A DNA stretch of 64,000 nucleotides from an uncultured cyanobacterium (GTDB lineage: Bacteria; Cyanobacteriota; Cyanobacteriia; Phormidesmidales; Phormidesmidaceae): NCBI GenBank assembly GCA_963793265.1, contig CAWBZI010000002.1:320001-384000 (forward strand), read 5' to 3'. Of this stretch, positions 51,912 to 59,561 are shown piece by piece; position 1 is the stretch's first letter, and every line of letters starts with the position of its first letter. The notes below the pieces were generated by a model, which ran no database searches, had not been told where the DNA came from, and saw only the letters and a program-made list of their open reading frames with translations. Position numbers and translations under genes: made by a program.

Positions 51912-52208
51912 ATGAAGGCGATTGAGACAAAGGCGCAAGTGGATGATGCTCGTATGCTAACGATAACGATGGAGGTGCCTTCTGATGTGCCAGTGGGCGA
52001 GTATGAGGTGATGGTGGTGCTCAATAGCCTGGTAGCTTCTGGCCCTAGTCTGTCTGATCAAAAGACCGATGAAGAAAAGTCTCGCTCAAAGCGTTGGCAG
52101 AAGTGGTTTGAGGAGGTGGATCAGTTGCCTTTGAAGGCAGATGGAGAAGATAAAACTTTTCATCAGATTTTGGTTGAGAAGTATCGTAAGCAAGGTTTGG
52201 ATTTGTGA
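51912..52208 (+). CDS. Putative antitoxin
   Basis: Small ORF translationally coupled (GTGA overlap) to a PIN toxin; ATG at 51912. Confidence 0.65.
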   Translation: MKAIETKAQVDDARMLTITMEVPSDVPVGEYEVMVVLNSLVASGPSLSDQKTDEEKSRSKRWQKWFEEVDQLPLKADGEDKTFHQILVEKYRKQGLDL

Positions 52209-52615
52209 TTTTGTGCGATACGGGTGTGTTGTTGAGCTTAGTAGATCGCAGTCAGCCTAAGCACAAAGAGTATCGTCAGTTTGTAGCTGGATCTCAGGAT
52301 GATCTCATTACGACGTGGGCTTGTTTTACGGAGGTGATGTATTTGTCTTTGGAGAGGGGTGGCTGGAAAATGCAGCGGCAGGTTGTTCGATATATTTTGG
52401 ATGACTTGCTTATCATGCATGAGATTATGCTTGAGGATTTTGACCGTTTGTATGAGCTGATGGAGAAGTATCAGGATCGACCTATGGACTTGGCAGATGC
52501 GACTTTGGTTTTGACTGCTGAGAAGATGGGGGTGCAGCGGATTTTGACGTTGGATTCTGATTTTCTGTTTTATCGAATAGAGGGTAAGGAGAGCTTTCAA
52601 GTTATTGGGGTGTGA
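52205..52615 (+). CDS. vapC: PIN-domain (VapC-like) toxin
   Basis: ILCDTG, TE..Y, Y.D.PMDLADA, ILTLDSDF..YR. Confidence 0.9.
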   Translation: MILCDTGVLLSLVDRSQPKHKEYRQFVAGSQDDLITTWACFTEVMYLSLERGGWKMQRQVVRYILDDLLIMHEIMLEDFDRLYELMEKYQDRPMDLADATLVLTAEKMGVQRILTLDSDFLFYRIEGKESFQVIGV

Positions 52616-52755
52616 CTATTGGTGGCTTGCGATCGCTGTGGAGAGACGCTGTTTAGCAGTGAAACGGCGAGAATACTCGCGTAATGCTGAATGGGAAGGA
52701 TAGGCCAGTTAGGTCGGTTGCTTTGGATGTGTTTTCTTATGGTGAGGCTGTTTAG
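52616..52755 (+). pseudogene. Frameshifted C-terminal remnant of a YgiT-type zinc-finger protein
   Basis: VACDRCGETLFSSETA, then a 1-nt shift to (EN)TRVMLNGKDRPVRSVALDVFSYGEAV*; first CxxC pair missing. Confidence 0.65.
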
Positions 52756-52814
52756 TGATGTTGCTGTTTGATTTTGAAGGGGCGATCGCGTTTTTGAATG
52801 AGGGAGTGGATTGA

Positions 52815-54068
52815 ATGGAGCGTTATCAGTCTTACAAGGATAGCGAGGTAAAGTGGCTAGGCAGCGTACCTGAGTCTTGGAACGTTGTTCGGCATAAGGA
52901 AATATTCAAAGAACGAAGCAGCCTAAGTGCTACAGGTAAAGAAACATTGCTTACGGTGTCTCATATTACGGGTGTTACTCGTCGTAGTGAGAAAAACGTC
53001 AATATGTTTATGGCAGAGACGATGGCAGGATACAAAATCTGTCATAAAGGTGATCTCGTCGTAAATACAATGTGGGCGTGGATGGGAGCATTAGGCACTA
53101 GCCAGGAATTGGGTATTTGCAGCCCTGCATATGGTGTATATATGCCATTGAAGGGAGTGCCTTATAATTACAAATACTTTGATTATCTACTTAGAACTCC
53201 GAACGCAGTTGTTGAAATGACTAGAAACTCGAAAGGAATTGTTTCCTCTCGGCTTCGTCTTTATGCGAAGGAGTTTTTTCAGATTCAGGTTGCGCTTCCA
53301 TCTTTGAAAGAACAGACAGCGATCGCACATTACCTAGACACTAAAACCGCCCAGATTGACCGCAAAATTGACCTCCTCACTCAGAAAGCAACCCTATACG
53401 GGAACCTCAAACAGTCACTCATCAACGAAACCGTGACACGCGGGCTTGATAAATCTGTGCCAATGAAGGATAGCGATGTTGAGTGGATTGATAAGATACC
53501 TGAACACTGGCAAGAAAAAAGAATTAAGGACATTTCGTTTCTTCAGAGTGGAAATAATCTCACTTCACAACAAATAGAAGATAGCGGTGAGTATCCTGTT
53601 TACGGCGGCAATGGCTTGAGAGGTTATTTCTCAAAATATACAAATATTGGAAATAACATTCTCATAGGCCGTCAAGGCGCACTATGCGGCAATATAAACT
53701 ATGCTATTGGCAATTTTTGGGCCACTGATCATGCTGTTGTAGTCTACATTAATCGCTCAGTGTATATGAAATGGTATGGCGAAATGCTGAAAGCGATGAA
53801 CCTAAACCAATATTCTGTATCGGCTGCACAACCTGGACTGTCTGTAGAAAGGATAAAAAGGCTACTGCTGCCCGTCCCTCCCTTCGATGAGCAAAAAGCG
53901 ATTGCTAACTATCTAGACACTAAGACATCTCAAATTAATCAGATTATTCAAACCATAAACACTCAAATCGAAAAACTACAAGAACTTCGCAAAACCCTCA
54001 TCAACGATGTCGTCACTGGTAAAATTAGAATAATTGATAATGAGGAATGGAAAATTTGGGAACTTTGA
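52815..54068 (+). CDS. hsdS: Type I R-M specificity subunit (two TRDs)
   Basis: Repeated conserved regions KDS.V.W...PE.W and P...EQ.AIA.YLDTKT.QI; LIN..VT.G. Confidence 0.95.
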   Translation: MERYQSYKDSEVKWLGSVPESWNVVRHKEIFKERSSLSATGKETLLTVSHITGVTRRSEKNVNMFMAETMAGYKICHKGDLVVNTMWAWMGALGTSQELGICSPAYGVYMPLKGVPYNYKYFDYLLRTPNAVVEMTRNSKGIVSSRLRLYAKEFFQIQVALPSLKEQTAIAHYLDTKTAQIDRKIDLLTQKATLYGNLKQSLINETVTRGLDKSVPMKDSDVEWIDKIPEHWQEKRIKDISFLQSGNNLTSQQIEDSGEYPVYGGNGLRGYFSKYTNIGNNILIGRQGALCGNINYAIGNFWATDHAVVVYINRSVYMKWYGEMLKAMNLNQYSVSAAQPGLSVERIKRLLLPVPPFDEQKAIANYLDTKTSQINQIIQTINTQIEKLQELRKTLINDVVTGKIRIIDNEEWKIWEL

Positions 54069-54112
54069 GTTTAACTATCAATTTTCCATTGCCAATTATC
54101 AATTATTCAATT
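54029..54112. repeat. Heptamer-repeat hairpin upstream of four-helix-bundle gene
   Basis: 13-bp perfect IR AATAATTGATAAT (54029-41) / ATTATCAATTATT (54095-107); 7-nt periodic AATTGAT/CAATTAT-like units. Confidence 0.85.
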
Positions 54113-54463
54113 GTGAAACAAAACATTGTTAAGGAGAAAAGCTTTAGCTTCGCCGTCCGCATCGTCAACTTAAACAAGCACCTAGTTAATAAAAAACGAG
54201 AATTTGTTCTATCAAAACAGCTCCTCCGATCTGGAACAGCCATCGGCGCACTTATCAGAGAATCAGAACACGCAGAAAGCAAAGCCGATTTTATACACAA
54301 ACTATCGATATCGCTCAAAGAAGCAAACGAAACAGACTACTGGATTGACCTACTCTGCCAAACCGGATATCTTACAGAGCAAGAGCACAAAAGCATTAAG
54401 GCTGATGTTTTAGAGCTTTTGAAGTTGCTGATAAGTATCATAAAAACAAGCAAAAATAATTGA
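54113..54463 (+). CDS. Four-helix-bundle protein (23S rRNA IVP / Avd-like family)
   Basis: KSFSFAVRIV, LSKQLLRSGTAIGA...E, S.ADFIHKL.I.LKEANET.YW; GTG at 54113. Confidence 0.9.
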   Translation: MKQNIVKEKSFSFAVRIVNLNKHLVNKKREFVLSKQLLRSGTAIGALIRESEHAESKADFIHKLSISLKEANETDYWIDLLCQTGYLTEQEHKSIKADVLELLKLLISIIKTSKNN

Positions 54464-54547
54464 TAATGGGAAATTGATAATTGATAATGCTATGTACCCT
54501 TAAAAAATCCCCAATTATCCATTACCAATTCTCAATTCTCAATTAAA
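54455..54547. repeat. Heptamer-repeat hairpin downstream of four-helix-bundle gene
   Basis: aattgat aatggga aattgat aattgat aatgcta ... caattat ccattac caattct caattct caattaa; begins with the same 14-mer AATAATTGATAATG as 54029. Confidence 0.85.
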
Positions 54548-57500
54548 ATGAGCGAGCTACACCTACAAGACAAATTCCTAATCCCATTCTTCCGCGAAGA
54601 ACTTGGCTACCAAGAAGTAAAAGCCAACACCATCGCGGCCAGCTCCCTCATCATCGAAGAAGACCTCCAAGCCTTCATCGCCACCACCACCCTCAACAAA
54701 AAGCCCTACGCCACCCTCCTACGCAAATACAATAACGACCCCCAGCAGCTCTTAGCCGACCTCATCGCCCTCATCCAAGAGCGCATCGCCAGCAGCCGCA
54801 ACATGGCGCTATTCATCAACGCCAACAAATCCGTCACCCTGCAAGGTATTAAGCTCCACCTCTTCTACACCGACGACAGCGTTATCCACAACAGCAGCCT
54901 CTTCGATCAAAACATCTTCTCCGTCGTCCAAGAACTCCCCTACCTCTACAAATACAACCGCAAAAAGATATTCTCCTTTCGCCCCGATATCTCCCTTTTC
55001 GTCAACGGCCTCTACCTCGGCTACAGCGAGCTAAAATCCAACCTCACCAACCAAACCGCAAAGAAAAACGGACGCGGTAAAGTCATCAAAGACTACTTCA
55101 GCGCCGTGCAGGCATACCACGACACCTTCGATCGCAACGACCAGCTCACAGACAAAGAAAAAGACCACTACCGCAAAGACTTCCTCAAAGTATTTGAAAA
55201 AGCCATCCACATCACCACCACCGATCTGGCCGAAACCTACGTTATTCGCACCATCTCTCACTACTTTGACGACGTGCTAGCCACCTGCCGAGAAGGCAAA
55301 TACAACCGCAAAGACTTCACCGACAAAGCCACCGAAGCCTTTAAGCCTTACCCTCTACTCAACCCCACCGCCGCCAAAAAAGACAAGCTCAAGGAGCTAT
55401 TCACGGCCCACTACGGCAAAAGCTTTATCGAAAAAGAAATCCTCTACTACAACTTTATTGAGCGCGACACCCAGCTCATCAGCGGCAAAAAAGAACTCAA
55501 AGACGAAAGGGGCCAGCTCATCGCGCCTCGCCCTAAGCAGAAATTCGGCACTGACAAAATCCTCGCTAAAATCGACGAATTTTTAGATCACGAAACCGAA
55601 GACGATTACTTTATTCATCAGCTAGAACAGCAGCTTGCAGATGTCTCTACAGCCAAGCGCGAAGAACTCATCAACAAGCGCAAAGCCTACGCCAACAATA
55701 AAAACGTCTACTCCCTACTGCTGCAATACGCCGCCGGGTTTGGCAAATCCAACATCATCGGCTGGAGCGCCCTCCAGCTCAAAGATCTGCGTCGTGACGG
55801 CGAGTACGTATACGACAAAATTATGATCGTGGTAGATCGGCTGCAACTGCGCAGCCAAATCGATTCCAAAATGCTCAACATGAATATCGATAACCGGATG
55901 TACGTTGAAGCGCATAATCGAAAGACTTTTTTAGAGGCGATCGCTGCCGACACCCGCCTGGTGATTGTGAACCTGCAAAAGTTCGGCGCGCTCAAAGAAA
56001 TGCTCGACGCCAGCACCCTCAAAAAGCTCGCCAACCTCCGCATCGTCTTTCTTATTGACGAAATCCATCGCTCAAACAGCGGCCAGCAGCATGAGGAAAT
56101 GATCAACATCTTTGATGAGCTGCAAACCCCTTTTGAAAAAGACGCTTACAACCAGGCCCGCACCAAAAAGAACCTGATTGTAGGCTTTACAGCCACGCCT
56201 GACGATCACACGCTGGCCCGCTTTGGCGAATTTAGCGGCTACGCCGAAAGCGAAAAGCTCTGGGTGCCCTTCGACTCATACACCATGAACGAAGCGATTA
56301 AAGATGGCTTTATCCTTAATCCGCTGAAAAATATCGTTCCAGTCGCTTCTAAAATGCTGTTTGATATCCCCAGCAATAACCTAGAAGGATTTGAAGAACC
56401 CAGCTATAAAGACGCCGATAAAAAGCAAATCTATGAACAGCCTGACCGGATTGATGCCATTTCACAATACATCGCCGATCTTTTGGTTAAGGACGTGTAC
56501 CGGCAAATTCGGGGAAACGGTAAGGCCATGCTAGCGGTGTATTCGATTAGGAGTGCGATCGCTTACAAGCAAGCCATCTCCTTCCACTTTAATGCGCTAG
56601 TGCAGCAGCCCAAATACACAAGGTACGCCAGCGCGCCTATTCACGTCGTTTACTCCAGCAGCCAAGACGAGCAAAGCGCTTCTGGGCTCAATGACGGCAT
56701 GAATGAAGAGAAAGTGCTAGAGAACTTTGCCCTCAGCAAAAACGGCTTGATAATTGTGGTCGCCAAACTGCAAACCGGCTTCGATGAAAAAAGGCTGCAC
56801 ACGCTGTTTCTAGACAAAGAGATCAGGAATATCGCCGCGATTCAGGCTATCTCCCGAGTTAACCGCACCACTAAGTACAAAAACGACTGCAAGATCGTCG
56901 ATTTTTCTTACAACAACGTCAATGTTCAAAATCTTAAAGAAGCCTTTGAGCACTTCTCCGACGTGGTTGTCAGCGACTTTGACCCCTTTATCGATCAGCG
57001 AGTTCTAGACATTCTGTTTGTAGAACTTAGAAAATCTGGCGTATACAACGAGTTTTTCAGCCTGTTTTGTACCGTCTTTGATAGCAATGCTAAGAGAAAC
57101 GACCCCGAAAGCCATCTGGATCTAGAAAGCAGCCTGGAAACATACATCAGAGTTCATCCTACCCACACCGCTGATACTAAAGCCAAAGCCGCTCAGTACT
57201 TCACCATACTCAACCGTATTGAATATGTAATCACGTTAGAGGCCAAGTACAGCGACGAAAAACTTTTAGCTTTTCTACGGCTATTTAACAGTATTTATAG
57301 CCGGTTGCACCGTAGCGACGAGACAAAAGACCCCATTGAAGTCTACTTCGATAATCAAATCGGCATTATTGAAGTAGAAACACAAGATCTAGCGCCGAAG
57401 AAAAAGCAAATTACAAAAGTGGCCGAAGCCGCAGCTACTTACTCAGTTCATCAGTTTGATGTGCTTACGGTGCTAGAAGCTCGCAACGCGCACGAAGACC

Positions 57501-57763
57501 TGAAGGGTGAGTTGATTCGTGAGTTCAAATCAAAGATAGACGAGTTCTTTGCCTACATTCGAGGCTCAGATGAGGGCAAACGACTGATAATCAAAATCAA
57601 ATCAAATGTTTCTGAGGAGGAGATATATGAGGACTTCGGCAAAATTTATCGGCGGTACAGCATCTTGAACCGAAGAAAGCTCGGTGACTACTTTTGCAAA
57701 GAGATGGCAGAGCTGGTTAACAAGCTTTGTGATGACTTTGAGTCCACTGTCCGTAACAGCTAG
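54548..57763 (+). CDS. hsdR: Type I restriction endonuclease subunit R
   Basis: RPD...FVNG.....ELK nuclease motif; AAGFGKS, VDR..L..Q, IDEIH, FTATP, KLQTGFD, QAISRVNR. Confidence 0.93.
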   Translation: MSELHLQDKFLIPFFREELGYQEVKANTIAASSLIIEEDLQAFIATTTLNKKPYATLLRKYNNDPQQLLADLIALIQERIASSRNMALFINANKSVTLQGIKLHLFYTDDSVIHNSSLFDQNIFSVVQELPYLYKYNRKKIFSFRPDISLFVNGLYLGYSELKSNLTNQTAKKNGRGKVIKDYFSAVQAYHDTFDRNDQLTDKEKDHYRKDFLKVFEKAIHITTTDLAETYVIRTISHYFDDVLATCREGKYNRKDFTDKATEAFKPYPLLNPTAAKKDKLKELFTAHYGKSFIEKEILYYNFIERDTQLISGKKELKDERGQLIAPRPKQKFGTDKILAKIDEFLDHETEDDYFIHQLEQQLADVSTAKREELINKRKAYANNKNVYSLLLQYAAGFGKSNIIGWSALQLKDLRRDGEYVYDKIMIVVDRLQLRSQIDSKMLNMNIDNRMYVEAHNRKTFLEAIAADTRLVIVNLQKFGALKEMLDASTLKKLANLRIVFLIDEIHRSNSGQQHEEMINIFDELQTPFEKDAYNQARTKKNLIVGFTATPDDHTLARFGEFSGYAESEKLWVPFDSYTMNEAIKDGFILNPLKNIVPVASKMLFDIPSNNLEGFEEPSYKDADKKQIYEQPDRIDAISQYIADLLVKDVYRQIRGNGKAMLAVYSIRSAIAYKQAISFHFNALVQQPKYTRYASAPIHVVYSSSQDEQSASGLNDGMNEEKVLENFALSKNGLIIVVAKLQTGFDEKRLHTLFLDKEIRNIAAIQAISRVNRTTKYKNDCKIVDFSYNNVNVQNLKEAFEHFSDVVVSDFDPFIDQRVLDILFVELRKSGVYNEFFSLFCTVFDSNAKRNDPESHLDLESSLETYIRVHPTHTADTKAKAAQYFTILNRIEYVITLEAKYSDEKLLAFLRLFNSIYSRLHRSDETKDPIEVYFDNQIGIIEVETQDLAPKKKQITKVAEAAATYSVHQFDVLTVLEARNAHEDLKGELIREFKSKIDEFFAYIRGSDEGKRLIIKIKSNVSEEEIYEDFGKIYRRYSILNRRKLGDYFCKEMAELVNKLCDDFESTVRNS

Positions 57764-57770
57764 GCCATAA

Positions 57771-57998
57771 GCAGACAACTTTATGGATGCAATGGGTCAG
57801 CTAGAGGAGAAAATTTCTGGACTAGGCGGCAAAACGGTTGGCTATTGGCCTGCTGATGGGTATAAACATAGCGAGTCTTTGGCTATTAGAGACGGCAAGT
57901 TTTGCGGGCTTGCGCTCGATGATGACAACGAGTCGGATAAGTCGGAGGCGCGGATTCAAGCGTGGACGGCGCAAATTAAGTCTGCGATGAGTCTGTAG
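57771..57998 (+). pseudogene. isiB: 5'-truncated long-chain flavodoxin remnant
   Basis: ADNFMDAMG.LEEKI...GGKTVGYW...GY....S.A.RDGKFCGLALDDDN matches the C-terminal half of flavodoxin; in-frame TAA at 57768; no FMN-binding N-terminal loop. Confidence 0.8.
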
Positions 57999-58007
57999 TT
58001 TTTTGTA

Positions 58008-58240
58008 GCCATTGCAAATGAAATGGTGATGTTCTTTTCTATCTGCCTATCTACGCTTTTTGTCTATGGTGCAACGACTGGCACAATGACGACTCAAGCG
58101 TTGGACATGTGGATTTTGAATAGTCTGTTCTTTTCTAGCGCGGTGTTTAGCGTCAAGCTGAGAAAAAAGAAGACCAGCTCTCTTAAAGCGGGTGTTTTTT
58201 ATCAAGGGATTGCTGCCTCAATAGTCGTGCATTCAGTCAC
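58008..58240 (+). pseudogene. Internal fragment of a YwiC-like membrane protein
   Basis: IANE...F..ICLS...YGATTG......W.LN.LFFSSA.F.VKLRK resembles cyanobacterial YwiC-like proteins (recalled, not searched); both ends missing. Confidence 0.5.
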
Positions 58241-59194
58241 CCTGTATTTGATCACTGGCGTTGCGACTGCGCTGCTACAGGAAGCCTTTGTGCATATCGT
58301 GTTTTGAGTGTCTTGCACGAGTGTTGCTCGGTAGGTAATCGTGCTGTTTATAGAAACTTCTACAGAGAGCGATCGCTCATGCCTCTCATCGGGATCTATC
58401 TCTGACAAAATGCGATAGGCTACCAAACAGTCAAACCACGACCATCCGTGATCAAGTAATAGCTGACGCTCTAGTACCTGAAGCGGAGCGGGCAGCAACC
58501 CCCATCCCCGATACATTGAACGAATCTGATCAACAGAACCGCTGCGCGTGACAATTGCCTGCAATGCCGAGAGCGTCAGGTGACCGTAGTAACGACCATC
58601 TGGCAGTGAAATCGCGGTGGGTGCAAAGCGATGCCCGCCAATGTGGCTGACTTTCCATATGCGGGTGTTGGGCAAGTTGCCTTGCTGGGCGCTTTGGGTG
58701 GCTTCTCTAAAAAAGGGCTGACCAAATTTGGCGCAGCATTTGTCTCTCATACCGTGAGTGCAGACGAGAATATCTTTTTGCGTGATGGGTTTGCCGATGC
58801 GATTGCCCTGCCAATGCGCCTCTAGGCAATCCACCGCCTGAGTCAAGTCATCTAGCTCAAACTCGTGGCCTCGATAAACTGATACCGATTCATAGGAAGC
58901 GCCCTTAGCAAATAGCGATTTAGCAGAGGGCACTGTTTTCTCGTACACCATCAGCGTGAGTGCATTACCTGAAGAAGAGACGCCACGGTTAATCGCGAGG
59001 AACTGAACGGAGCGCACTGCCTTAGTGGCCTTTATGTACTGGCGCAGCTCGGGTGGAATGCACGCTGAGGTAAATACTTTTGCAGCCCAGGGTAAAGGGC
59101 ACTCAATCAGGACGTAGGTTTGATAGTGGCCTGCCGTGCCAATTAGGTCTTCACCGGACCGCCGGTTTGCGATCACACAAAAAGAGGGTTTCAT
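58202..59194 (-). CDS. Sucrase/ferredoxin-like (Suc_Fer-like) protein
   Basis: IECP.PW, LVCTHG.RD.CCA.FG, W..SHIGGHRFAPT, YRGWG. Confidence 0.9.
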   Translation of the reverse strand: MKPSFCVIANRRSGEDLIGTAGHYQTYVLIECPLPWAAKVFTSACIPPELRQYIKATKAVRSVQFLAINRGVSSSGNALTLMVYEKTVPSAKSLFAKGASYESVSVYRGHEFELDDLTQAVDCLEAHWQGNRIGKPITQKDILVCTHGMRDKCCAKFGQPFFREATQSAQQGNLPNTRIWKVSHIGGHRFAPTAISLPDGRYYGHLTLSALQAIVTRSGSVDQIRSMYRGWGLLPAPLQVLERQLLLDHGWSWFDCLVAYRILSEIDPDERHERSLSVEVSINSTITYRATLVQDTQNTICTKASCSSAVATPVIKYRVTECTTIEAAIP

Positions 59195-59240
59195 GGAAGG
59201 GTCTTATCTGCTGTCCTGAGCTTTTAATGTTTGAATCGTA

Positions 59241-59265
59241 ACTATTGAAAACGCATCTCAATAGT
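59241..59265. promoter_or_regulatory. Putative Fur box
   Basis: ACTATTGA-AAACGCATC-TCAATAGT palindrome about 45 bp upstream of the sucrase-ferredoxin gene. Confidence 0.65.
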
Positions 59266-59498
59266 ATATCTGCTGGTCAGATTTTCCTCTGTATAAATAG
59301 TGTCGTTTTTTATACCTTTAAAAATGAACATCATTGATTAAAAGTAGTGAGCATAGACAGGCTAAAAGCAGTGGAATATGAGCCATACGCTTGATGATTG
59401 CACTGCTGCAAGGCCGTACACCTACTGTCTGCAATTGTTACAGCACTGTAATTTTGCTTGATTTGAACCTAAATCAAGATATGCTAGCGGAGAAATTG

Positions 59499-59517
59499 AT
59501 TGACAATCAGTTTCAAT
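59499..59517. promoter_or_regulatory. Putative Fur box
   Basis: ATTGACAATCAGTTTCAAT; same ATTGA-N9-TCAAT geometry, about 45 bp upstream of the lipoprotein gene. Confidence 0.65.
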
Positions 59518-59561
59518 AAGCCTGACTCATTTGTCCATTCAATATTTTTATAGAGGATTCG

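Noticed and set aside
54047..54112. N-terminal extension of the four-helix-bundle ORF
   Set aside because: It is translated hairpin repeat; family similarity begins at GTG 54113
54113..54463. 23S rRNA intervening sequence
   Set aside because: The flanks are hsdS and hsdR, not rRNA
54029..54547. Diversity-generating retroelement suggested by the Avd-like gene
   Set aside because: No reverse transcriptase and no TR/VR pair differing at adenines seen in the window
49821..56300. Skew flip as a replication origin or terminus
   Set aside because: It is local (a few kb), decays within hsdR, and no DnaA-box cluster or dif-like site was recognised; cannot be fully excluded without the whole genome
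49821..57763. R-M locus as a recent integrative element from a distant phylum
   Set aside because: No integrase, tRNA or att repeats seen, and HIP1 sites occur inside it (e.g. 51245, 52629, about 53319, about 55937)
57783..57998. Intact 71-aa flavodoxin
   Set aside because: Lacks the N-terminal FMN phosphate-binding loop, and similarity starts upstream of the ATG; treated as a remnant
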